Shown in pieces: positions 1 to 10,962 of a DNA stretch of 64,000 nt. The DNA is taken from contig NW_027191409.1 in assembly GCF_041146345.1 (NCBI RefSeq), forward strand, positions 558,001 to 622,000. Reading direction: 5' to 3'. This DNA is from Neodothiora populina (taxonomy: Eukaryota). The notes under the pieces are model-generated. The model did no database searches. It was not told the DNA's origin and saw only the letters and a program-made list of their open reading frames with translations. The position numbers were made by a program, and so were the translations under genes. Position 1 is the stretch's first letter. Each line of letters starts with the position of its first letter.

Positions 1-638
1 GCGAGGAAGGCGCCGGTCAGGTTGATGTCGATTGTGGATTTTAGGAGGTCCGGGGGGAGGCTGTGGGGTTTAGAATGTTTGGTCAATGTCTTGGATATGA
101 TAGTGTTGTGCGTTTCTGGTGTTCTTGTGTTTGCTTCGATTCCATCTTTCTGTGTCTCGGGTGTGGGAATGGCTCTGGTCCCCAGGGAGAGGAAACTCAA
201 GTCCACTCGCCCCATCACCGCACACCATTCATACAAGAGAAAGGAACCCCAACCAAAAAGCGAACGTAAGTAAAGAAGACGTAGGAAAGATACTCACCTC
301 AGAAACTCCGCAAATTGGCACACGCCAGCATTATTAACAAAAACATCCAACCTGCCCCATTTCCGCACCACCGCATCAATAAACCCCGTCCCCGTCTCGA
401 CCTTGGACACATCCCCCGCGAAACCAATGAGTCTGCTTCTTCTCTCATCTGCGTCGTCGCCATCGCCGCCGACTTCTTGCACGAGTGACTCGAATGCGGC
501 TTCGGATGCTGCGTCGGGGTAGTAGTTCACGGCTACTTTTGCGCCTTGTCGGATGTATTCGAGGGCTATTGCGCGGCCGATGCCGGTCACGGCGCCGGTT
601 ATTGCTGTTACTTTTTCGTGCAGCAGGGCGGGTGACAT
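1..638 (-). CDS. Short-chain dehydrogenase/reductase, L-rhamnose 1-dehydrogenase (LRA1/LraA)-like; 3' part lies outside the window
   Basis: ATG at 638. TGAVTGIG Rossmann motif and VNNAGVC motif. Intron 61-297 (GTGAGT...CAG); exon 2 continues in frame as LPPDLLKSTIDINLTGAFLA. The N-terminus resembles fungal L-rhamnose dehydrogenases (recall). Confidence 0.75.
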
Positions 639-1567
639 GTTTGTTTGTTATTGGGGTTGGATTATGGGGATGCTTGGTTACTTCTTTCGGGTTCGAATAT
701 GCGTGTGAGAGATCCAGAGAGGAGAGGAAGAGTGAGCAAGTGGATCGAGTCACTTGGGAATAACAATGAGGCAGGCAGCTATATCATATCAAGTATGATC
801 CGTGGTCTGATGTCTTGCGATTGACAACCGATATACCTTATCCCGGGGCCTCGTGTGTCTCTTTAGGTTCGTTTTGTAGGAAGCAACAAGAATAACGCAG
901 GAGAAGATCACGACCAGGTGTCTTTCGGCACCTTCGCTGTTCTTTATCCATTTCTATATAGTCGACTTACTAACTTCCTCGCTCGGACTCTGTTCCCCGT
1001 GTTCCCCCAGGAAAAAGTCGCGGTCATGGTGGAGTGTGGTTTTGGTTTTCCCCACATCTCGGGGTAATGAGTACCGTGAGGAGCGAGAGCGAGTGACTGG
1101 GTGATGGGCTGGCCGTCTCGGATTGTTCGAGTAATTCCTTGCATCTCTAACAGGAGCAGGGTGCCTTCTCTGTCTTTTCCCTTCTTGGTAGCCGCTTCTG
1201 TGCGACTGTGTTTGTAGTTGAGAAGGTTTCGGTGTGGTGTGTGTATACTGTATTAATTTTGGAAACCTGTTCATTGATATCAATCACTTCCATAATACTA
1301 CAGCGAGTATAGACTCAAGAATACAGTGACCTCTCGTATAGAAGTCACCACTTTGGATTTTCCAGATCAAGGATCCGGAGACACAATGGCTGAACGCAGT
1401 ACGTAGGTCACAAGTCTGATTGCGTGAAGAACAATTGAAAAGATGAGGGCATAATCACTTAGGTAGACCACTTCGATTGCGATAGTATTCTACGAATTAA
1501 TCGGGATAAGGGGGACCCTGTCCATACTGCAGATTTCTAGATATCATGATGCTCCTCCCGTATACAC

Positions 1568-3733
1568 TCAATCGTCGAAGCCACCGAATTCGCCTTCCGA
1601 GCCCGAGCCAACTTCTTCACGCTGCTGATTCTTGCTTGCGGCCACGGCCCCTTTCCTGTTGTTTTCCATCTTCCTGATATAACCACTCTTGGTACTGATG
1701 CGAGTCTTGCCGGCGCCCGTCTTGGTGTCTTTGCCAGTGGCAGATCTCCTCGACTCGATTCCACGCTTCTTGAGCTGTTGCCTGTCACGTTTACTCGGAG
1801 TGGGCAAGGCGTCGAGCAGCCATTGTTGTACATCTTTCGAGCTTCCTGTCGAACCCCGGAGCTTTTGGCTTGCCGCTATAAGATTGGCCACGGTCTTGAT
1901 GGTGGCAACATCGTCGTCGGTGTAGTATGTAAGCGCGACACCACCTTCCCTGCCTGCTCTGCCGGTTCGTCCGACGCGATGGACGTATGCCGCCGCGGAC
2001 GTGGGTACATCGTAATTGACGACACCGTTGATACCACGGAAATCAACACCACGAGAAAGCAGATCGGTGGTGATGAGGAGCCAGACTTCACCTTTACGGA
2101 AGCGCGTCATGATATTGTCACGAGCCACCTCGGACAAGTCCGAATGCAGAACAGCAATTCTCGAGATACCACCTGCTTCCGGAGGAATATCATACTGCAA
2201 CTCCGAGTGCAATGCGGCTGCCCGATCGATGGTTTGGGTGAAAATAAGAAAAGGGGCGCGAAGGACGGGGTGGTCGTTGGCGTTCGTAGGGGTTGGGTGT
2301 AGGAGTTGGCGAAGAGCCATTAGTTTTCCTTGTTCAGTGGCAGCGTAGATGAGTTGGTGGTCGATGTTGGGCACAGCAGAATCTTTGAGGCCGACCACGA
2401 GACGCACTAAGGGTGCTTCAGATAACGTTGAGCCATTGGCTTTCAGTCTTTTCGCACGTGCATCCATAGTCGATTTGACAAGCTCTTCGATGTTCGAGCC
2501 CATTGTAGCTGACCAGAAACTGACTCGCAATGCAGGACTAGAAAGCGCGTTCCACACCGAAAGTGTCTGTTCTCTGAAAAGAGGGTCCAACAGAACGTCA
2601 GCTTCATCAAGGATCAAGAAACGGAAGTCTGTCCAGCCGGACTCTACAGCTGAGGATGCAGATCCAAGAGCGTTGAGAAGTGCTGCAGGAGTTGAGACCA
2701 GGACATCAGCTTTGACCGCTGGGACAGCACCCTCTTGATCCGTCGCAGAATCACCTGCACTCCCACTAAGACGCATGCCTTTTCGGACATTGGTGATCCT
2801 GACTCCGGTGTTGAGTGCTAGCTTCCTGCCCTCGTTTGCAATTTGACTCGCAAGCTCCTTGGTCGGAGCTAGCACAATGGCGCGTGAGGCGGGTTGAGTG
2901 GACGACGAGGACTGGTCTTGCTTCGAGTGGTGTCGCAGCTGCATGATGGCCTTGATTAGAGGAATCATGAAAGCCAGGGTCTTGCCACTGCCCGTGGGAG
3001 CGATGGTCAACAGGTCTATAGCAATAGATTCGGAGGACACATCGACAGCTGTATTCGAAACTGAAGTGGTCTTAGTGGCTTCGGTATAAGTTGATGGATC
3101 AAGCAGGAGTGGCAAGGCAGCAAGTTGGACCTCAGTAGTGGTGGTGTAACCCTGGTCTTCAATGTTTTGAGCAAGCGTGCGCGGTAAGTGATGTGTAGAG
3201 CGAAGACGACGAAAGTCAGTGACGGGAGAAGGATAAAGCTGTTCCCGATGTTTTGTTGATGAAGCTGACGAGGAACTGCTCTTTTTGTCCGATTTCTTGC
3301 TCTTGCTCTTGTCTTTACTTTTTTGAACCACAGGAGTCTCATCAGAAGAGGTATGCCTCAGAAGAGTGACCTTGACTTTATGACTCTTCAACAATTCTTT
3401 ATATCCCTCCTGGCTAATCTTCTCTTGTTCTACAGGAGCCACGTCCTTCTCCACAGCTACTGGTGCATCAATTGCAGAGGCTTTAGACTCTCCATTTGAA
3501 TTTGCGCCAGCTCCTCCGGATCCACCAAAGAAATCTAGAGCAGGCGCATTCCTCAGACTCGCATCTTGCACATCCGATCCCCTTTTTCGTTTGCGGTTGG
3601 CTGTTGATTTATCCTGGAAAAGTTGTGGATTGTTGGCGGGCCCAGCAGAAGGCCTCAGTTGACCATTTCCATTTCCAGGCTGTGTCTTTTTATTTGTCTT
3701 GATGGACCGTGTTAGTAGCCGTAATGGATCCAT
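1568..3733 (-). CDS. ROK1: DEAD-box ATP-dependent RNA helicase ROK1 (DDX52), 18S rRNA processing
   Basis: Intronless 721-aa ORF with Q motif (TEVQ), APTGSGKT, PTKELA, DEAD, SAT, SRGVD and HRVGRTGRAG. MDPLRLLTRS start and ISTKSGY tail are typical of fungal Rok1. Confidence 0.92.
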   Translation of the reverse strand: MDPLRLLTRSIKTNKKTQPGNGNGQLRPSAGPANNPQLFQDKSTANRKRKRGSDVQDASLRNAPALDFFGGSGGAGANSNGESKASAIDAPVAVEKDVAPVEQEKISQEGYKELLKSHKVKVTLLRHTSSDETPVVQKSKDKSKSKKSDKKSSSSSASSTKHREQLYPSPVTDFRRLRSTHHLPRTLAQNIEDQGYTTTTEVQLAALPLLLDPSTYTEATKTTSVSNTAVDVSSESIAIDLLTIAPTGSGKTLAFMIPLIKAIMQLRHHSKQDQSSSSTQPASRAIVLAPTKELASQIANEGRKLALNTGVRITNVRKGMRLSGSAGDSATDQEGAVPAVKADVLVSTPAALLNALGSASSAVESGWTDFRFLILDEADVLLDPLFREQTLSVWNALSSPALRVSFWSATMGSNIEELVKSTMDARAKRLKANGSTLSEAPLVRLVVGLKDSAVPNIDHQLIYAATEQGKLMALRQLLHPTPTNANDHPVLRAPFLIFTQTIDRAAALHSELQYDIPPEAGGISRIAVLHSDLSEVARDNIMTRFRKGEVWLLITTDLLSRGVDFRGINGVVNYDVPTSAAAYVHRVGRTGRAGREGGVALTYYTDDDVATIKTVANLIAASQKLRGSTGSSKDVQQWLLDALPTPSKRDRQQLKKRGIESRRSATGKDTKTGAGKTRISTKSGYIRKMENNRKGAVAASKNQQREEVGSGSEGEFGGFDD

Positions 3734-3872
3734 GACAGGCGTCTGAAATATCTGTTAGAGGTTTGAAGCCTATTGTTGCGGTATGTGAAGTCGGAAGATA
3801 TTTATATAAAATGTGCACCTTCCGCCATAAACTTTTGTTTCGAGTCTCTGATTTTCCCTTAAGGGAATCGTC

Positions 3873-3910
3873 CATCTTATCTTATCTGATGATTATCATG
3901 TCACGTGCGG
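3873..3910. promoter_or_regulatory. Tandem GATA-type sites (CTTATCTTATC) and E-box (TCACGTG) upstream of ROK1
   Basis: Motifs seen about 140-175 bp upstream of the ROK1 ATG; function inferred only. Confidence 0.3.
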
Positions 3911-4275
3911 CGAATTTCCGCCCGTCGCGACTTGTGCCTAGTACATGATCTTATACTGCTATTGGGGCTTAAGAAATCGGTTATTGGAGTATTGGGACAC
4001 TGTCCAAGAGCACCCGATCGAAGCATGACATGTATACTGTCTTGTTGCAAGTGATTGACATTTCACGCACGTGTGGCGAAGAAGCCTGTTTGGGAAGGAA
4101 ATCTGTTCGTTGTCCGTCTAGACTGATGTACAAGTTCTACAGAAATGCACACCCGTCGATTGTGTGCAAGCGCTGTATTTTACACCTCTCTGCCTACTGC
4201 ATTCCTCCTCGAATCTACCATCGAGCATTCCCACCGACCTTTTGTCATTGTCTGGCACTCCATCTAGTGAAGTAT

Positions 4276-5182
4276 CTAGTGGTGCGCGGTGGCGCTTGAT
4301 CGGTAGCCGATCACCTTGAAGCGTCCGAGCATCTCACCAACGGTGAAGAAACCAACCACCTCGGCGACGACGACACCGGCAGTCGCGAGCTGCTGGGTGT
4401 CCATGCTGCGGAGCTTGCTGAGGGACTGGAAGGGGTTTGATGCGCCTGCTGCGCTGGGGTTTTTCACAGCGTTGAGGATGTTCTGTCCATACTGTTGGAA
4501 AGTAGCCATGTTACTGTTATATAATCAGTAAATGAATAATTGATGTTTTGTGACATTGTCGCTACTGACGGAGGGCTCATCTTCTGTCCGTGAAACACGA
4601 GCTTGCCGAGCTCAAGGCCGACCTTGGAGTAGTAGACAGTAGGAGGGACGAGGGCTGTCGTTCAAAGTCACGTTAGCGCTCATGATTCGCTCAATGGATA
4701 TGTTTCCACAGTCTCGGAAGAGATTGCAAGGGTAGCCAACGACGCCCGAGATCAAGTCTTTCGCAAGGAGAGCTGCTCCATCACGCCGGCCCAGCTGTGA
4801 TGGGACTGGATGTACGGAAGTCTCGCGTCAGGCCTGTCCGAGACCAGAGTCCATACAAAGCAGCCGACTCTTTCTTCACTCGCGACAGACATCGCTCAAT
4901 GGCAACAGGGTGCTGTGGCGGCTGGGGAGACGTACACTGAACGAAGCCAATCAATTTTCCGGTGCGGCCGCCAATGCTGTTGAGGGCGCTGCCAGCGCTG
5001 CTCAGGGCAGATCCAGCGGTGGATGTGACTTTGGAAAGACCTTGCGAAGCGCTTGAAGCGGCGGATCCGGCGGTCTCCTTTGCCTTCGCTGAGGCGGCCT
5101 CGGTGGTGGTGGAAGCATGGCGCAGTGTCATGCGTCCAACTTGCGGCCGGCGCAGGATCATACGGGTGACGGCGAGAGACAT
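4276..5182 (-). CDS. ATP20: Mitochondrial ATP synthase subunit g
   Basis: Exons 5182-4936, 4654-4570 and 4513-4276. Arg-rich presequence, then LVPPTVYYSKVGLELGKLVFHGQKMSPP and C-terminal AEVVGFFTVGEMLGRFKVIGY. Confidence 0.93.
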
Positions 5183-5572
5183 TGTGTAGGAGGAGGCCAC
5201 GGGGTGGAGTGCAAAGAGAGGCGAAATGGAGGAATTGAGTCGGTCGACGATCAGCTGTGAATACCTTTACAAAGACCGTGGCCGGCTGAGATAATAACAA
5301 TACAATGGAATAATCTCACGTCCGTCTTTCTGCTTGTGCTTGCTTGATCTGAACTTGCAACGGCACTTTCCTGACCGAAGGTCCGTGCACAACTCACCAC
5401 TGCACTGCTGTTGGTCTTCTCTCTCTGTTCATCATGTGCCGTTTTGCAAGGCAATCATAATGTGCATCCGAGTTGCTCTACCTTTTCGTCGACAACCGGA
5501 GAAACACCCTACAGTGACAGATCGGGTGCGAAAGGTCATCCACGCATCTCAACTATGCAGCCTTGTTGTTTC

Positions 5573-5608
5573 CATCTCGAAAAGGACTGTCTTCATCTCG
5601 AAAAGGAC
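5573..5608. repeat. Short direct repeat CATCTCGAAAAGGAC x2 (21-bp period)
   Basis: Seen directly in the sequence. Confidence 0.8.
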
Positions 5609-8174
5609 GGCGGCACACAGTGCTGTCAGGCGCTGTCGGGGCTAGAACTCACATTGTTAATCCCTCTTTCCAGTCACAGATCATGCCCCTGCTTCGTCGA
5701 TTGTTTCCAGCGGCTTCTCGACTCTGCTCTATCTATGAAGCATCTGTCAGGCGGAGGCTAGAGCAAGGTATGTGAGCTCGCTATGTTGATCATCTCCGGA
5801 TCTCGGTTTGATGAGCAGACTCGAAACAGAAATACTGGTAAGCAACACTGCAGCATGTAATGGCTCGGGTCGTCGGACCATGCGTGTTACGCATACCTTC
5901 TTCTGTATGCATGATCCTACGACCTGCACTTTTCAGATCCGCTGGTGCCGCATCGTTCGCATGCAAAAGCTGCGGCTACACCGTAGGTGCAGCTTAGCAC
6001 CCTGCTCGACGGAGCACCTCATACAATAGCTCATGGTGTCAAGTCCGCGTGCCCAGGTCACTCGATCGAGATATGTCGTGACTATGAGATACTTCAGTCA
6101 CTATTTTCCTGCAATCCCACTAACCAAGCCGCATACTATACTTGTACCTCATGCCTGGCCTCCTTATCGATAGCCTCGGCATCATGTTGTACAAGTGTCT
6201 TGTCAAAGGTTCCCAATCGGCTTGATTCACTCGTGAGATCGCGCTCTACAGCCAATGGACTAACAGAGGCAATGCCCAGCATGCCCACTGGCCTAAGCGA
6301 GACTTGACCAGCGGACAGACTTAGCGAATCGTCTCAGCATTACAGAGACCGCAGCACAAATGCAGAGCAAAAGCACACGACTCTCGAAGCTGCCTCATGA
6401 AGAACCAGAGACTCCGACCGAAACCAGATGCTTCTGTGATAGCATGTATCGCTGCACGATACCGACCATGTACTCTATACTCCGTGACCGTTGTAGAGGT
6501 GCAGTACTGTAGCTTACCTTACCTTATCAATTGTACCCCATAAGCGAAAACCCTTCGGGCTTCGGGAATCCCGCTTAAGGCATGTCGTCAAGTCGCATGC
6601 GATACTATACTTCGCCGCATGCTCGCTTTGGTGCGCACATCACAATAGAGTAGCATGTGTCAGTCGTCGGTGTTGCATAGCGGAACGGGGAAGTGAGTCC
6701 CGTTCGATGATCACCGAAGCCACAATCGCGGTCCCCCAGATAATGGTTTAATCCCTCTCGATGTTTTGTAAACGCTGGACGGATCGTGAAAGTCTCAATG
6801 GAATCACCTGCTCGTAATACGGGAACGTGAGCTCTGTCGCGTGATATGAGAGGCCCCGAGAGGGTCCAACTACAGCCTCCAAGCTTGCTCCACATCAATG
6901 GTCTCGTCACGGTCCAAAGAGGCTACTCGCCAGTAGATACCAACCTTGTCCTTTCCCTGAAAAAGGGTCGTAGAGCAGTGCGTGCAGCGTCCTGCGCGGC
7001 AGCCGTGCGCTCACGTTTAATGGCTTTCTACCTGCATGAGAATTGAGCAGTCATGCAAGACTGATTGCGCATCCGCTGACCCACACCCGCTTTCTTCACG
7101 CTTGTCGATACTGGGTGGTAATCAAGTCTTACTTGTGCTAACAAAACTACGCCGACCGAACCGATTAGGATCCTCAGACCTCCCGAATATATCAATAAAC
7201 AGAGCTTACGTCTCGCTTCATTTCCTTTGCCCACATCGAGATTGCGCCTCTTTTTTCATCCAGCCAAAATGAAAGCGAAACAGGATCCTCAACGACACGT
7301 CTTCATCCCGCCGAGGTAATCATATCGGTGCTGAATGCATATTATACCTGTCTGCATGCGGTAGGCGTATAGAATAAAGCTTGTCAGGTAAGGTAGGCTG
7401 CACCCGGCAACAGAATGCCTCCGCGCTTATGCCATGCTCTGGCGTTGATAATGCGCAAGTGTCTCTACGCACCGCTTGGGCCACCCACACTAGCGCAGGT
7501 CGTTGTAGTGAGACCGCATTGCCGTCTCCATGCTCTATCGACGATGAATTGCACTCTTGCACTTGGTTGCGTTCTGTATGTGGACTGGCGAAGTCATGCT
7601 AAGCTTGCCTAGAGTCGTCCCGGCTGGAGGATATGAACGACCCAACAGACGAAAGTCGACCTGTCGTAAATGCTTATACAAGTACGGTCCGGAGTAACAG
7701 CCGTAGAGCTCTCGATGCCCTTGCGTCTTTTGTGGATAATAATGTTGGCCGAGCCACATCTCCATGCCCTTTACGATCAGTAACAGTGCGCAGATCAGGC
7801 CCATGCGCGGCAGACGGTAGACCCCTCATTCGCCATGAACTAACTTAGCTTGCTTCGCACGAGCACTCTGCCTTCCCCACCTCAAAGCGGGCTGGCCGGT
7901 TATACTCATGATATGTACGAAAAAGGTGGATGGATGTGGATAGTGCGTGGTGTCCGGCGGATGATAGCTTGATGCAGGCGCCTCAGCAAGACTCCGTCCA
8001 CTTCTTGACGCCTCTCATTATCTTCTGATCTCATCATGCCATGCCGCTATTATCCACTACGCGAGGGTTCACGAGCCCTGTGAAAATGATAGCCTGCAGC
8101 TATATCACCTGGCTGCCCCTCTGGCGCTGCCTCTTTTTCTTCAATGCCATTGCTCAGACTCTCGTTTTCGCATC

Positions 8175-9764
8175 ATGGGCTTGTCTTGGGAGGCGTCTGC
8201 CATTGTCTTGTTGTCAGTATCACCGATTTCCTTGATCACAAGTCTTGTGCCAAGTTCCAATGGCACACCCCTTCTTGAGGAGAACGTTTGACTAAACTAC
8301 GAACTTGCAGCATATTTCGTTATTTCCGTCTAGTCGTCAACATAATTTCGCATTGGACTTTTAAGCCAATCCCAATCCCATTGAATCCCAATTACACCTC
8401 GGAAGATGTCACAGTCATTATCCCAACCATTGATGGTGACGGGGATGAACTCCGTCGCACCATCAAGACTTGTCTAGCCACCCAGCCCTTCGAAGTCATC
8501 ATCGTCACCATTGATGCTAACATCAAGGTTGCATGGCGAATGGCGGCTTCTATCAATAGCAAGAAGATCCGCGTGGTCAGCATTCCTAAAGCCAACAAGC
8601 GCAGCCAAATGTGCGAAGCGATCCCCAGAGTCATGACAAAGATCACGGTCTTTGCAGACGACGATGTCATCTGGCCTCCGGCAGTCCTTCAATGGATGCT
8701 TGCCCCTTTTGAGGACGAGAAGATGGGTGGTGTGGGCACGTCTCAGAGGCTTATGCGGCCGGACAAGCCTAGCTTGTGGAGCTTTCTTGGCTCTCTGTAT
8801 TTAGAGCGACGCAACTTTGATTGTTCGGCTTGTCTGCATATGGATGGTGGCCTGCCTTGCTTGTCAGGAAGGACCGTAGCGTATCGCACCGAAATCTTGC
8901 AAGATGAAGCTTTCACTTTTGGCTTTTCCCACGAAACTTGGGGAACATACCAGTTGAATGCCGATGACGACAACTTCATCACTAGATGGATCTATACACA
9001 CGGATGGAAGATAACCATGCAGTATCACAAAGCAGCAGAGGTTCAGACTACACTTGAGGACAGCCCCAAATATCTGAAACAGTGCCTCCGCTGGGTACGC
9101 AGCAACTGGAGAAGCAACCTGACAAGCATGTTTGTCGAAAGACATTATTGGTGGTATGTACTATAAAACATTGATTTTTTGATTATGAAGAACACAGGAG
9201 CTGATCTTGGCGCAGGACACACCCCTGGACGACATATGCTGTTTTCCAAACGACCCTGACTGCATGGGCATTCGTGGATCCCCTTCTGTTCTACCTGTGC
9301 TACAAGGCCACAGAATCATGGTCGCCAGAGGATAGACAGCCAGTACTCATTGCTGCTGGCATCTGGATCTTTGTCTTCGCCAAGTCCGTCAAATTGATGG
9401 GCCACTTCATCCGATATCCTGCGGATCTCGTCATGTTGCCAATCTCGATTCTTTTTGGATATGTACACGGCATTGTGAAACTGTGTGGTCTATTCACACT
9501 CCACGAGGTATGTTGAATGATTATATGCTGAGTCAAGGGCACACGAAAACTAATGAAGAATAGACCGCCTGGGGTAGTCGCGAAGGTGCAGATACCGATG
9601 ACAGGTACAGAATGATCCGTCTTCCGCCATATGGTGTCGATGGAGAACAGCCCCAAGTGGCTTCGAGCTCAGCGACATCGTTCCAATATGCGCAGCGACT
9701 TCCACCTTACGCCCAGAACGAGATTGACGACCACACGCCCCTTCAAATTCGCCCTCATGATTAA
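8175..9764 (+). CDS. Processive glycosyltransferase family 2, Cps1/hyaluronan-synthase-like polysaccharide synthase
   Basis: Exons 8175-8212, 8311-9153, 9216-9507 and 9564-9764. VTVIIPT, FADDD (DxD), CLSGRT, ADDDNFITR and QCLRW (QxxRW) motifs, C-terminal TM helices and TAWGSR. Confidence 0.88.
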
Positions 9765-10869
9765 CGGCGCATCTGAATGCTGTCCTTCAAGGACCACGCA
9801 CTTCGCACTTTGCAATTCACCGCATTTGTTTTCCACAGCATTAGATGAAAAAATTGTTTGATAGATGGCATAAGCGTTGCGCTCCCTGCCCAGGATCCTT
9901 TGGTCGACGAGCCAGAAGTTTGCTTCAGGAGGATAAAAAAGAAGAACGGAAAATCGGCGCTGAGCTTTCGAGTATACCAAAAGGGTCTCACATCGTCGCC
10001 ACATTTCACTTCGCAGATCCAGCCGGAAGCTGGTCTAATACCTTTATTTCTATTCACTTTCATGTCGAGTTCGGTTGCCTCCTGAACATCAACCCTCCGC
10101 CAAGAGATATGCTCAGCTCCGGCAGCATATGCATACATATAGGAGACCTCGAGTTCGGACAGCATGGGATCTGATATTCGGGTTATTTACTGAGCCGGTC
10201 AACATATTCAAGAGCTCAGGAACTTCTGTATTCAGACAACCAAAATGTAAATATAGGTTTTATTGCATGCAGTATGTCAGGTACAGATCGCTGTATGCCC
10301 GGGCCCTTGATTATGCACGAAATCCTCGTACGTTCCTGCGCAGACCCAGCGTGGGCCCGGGAGGAAAAGATATGTGGATGCTTGCAGTTGCATAGCTGGG
10401 GGGCGATCGCCCTCCGGCAGTCGCGCCTGTGGGTGAGTAGGGGGTGAGCATCTTGCATTTGCTTTTGCTTCACTTGCCTTTCTCCGGTAATGTTCTACAT
10501 ATCAATCCATTCAATCTTCATGTCCAATTCCAGACAAGTGGTCTGAGGCAGGCCACACGTGTAGACGGTGAGGTGGTTACGGGTCAAATTTAAACGTGTC
10601 TTACTACTGCACACTCACTCCCAGAACCAAGGGCCGAGGGGCCGACTACATGTCCTTTTGGTAGCTCCTAAGAACCACGGGCTAAGCATTGATCGAAGAG
10701 GGTGTGTGCAGGGTATTATCTGCGTATATTGGGAAATCTTGATGATAATATTCCCTGGTTTCGCAAGACAGGACGGATTCGAGTGATCCTTCGTGACGAA
10801 TCACACATCCCAATCTTAGGCAATATTTCACTTTAGTTTGCGAGTATGTACTCTGCACATATAAACATC

Positions 10870-10962
10870 CATCCACACCAAAACCACATATCACACGTAC
10901 TCGTACACATATACACACACGCACACACAACGCTCATACATACATACATAAATACGTACACA
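10870..10962. repeat. Imperfect (CA)n/(TACA)n microsatellite
   Basis: acacatatacacacacgcacacacaacgctcatacatacatacata seen directly. Confidence 0.75.

Noticed and set aside
5805..5850. Hammerhead-like core TTGATGA-G-CAGACT-C-GAAAC
   Set aside because: C3 is replaced by U, stem III is out of register with a GUH site, and stem I cannot form.
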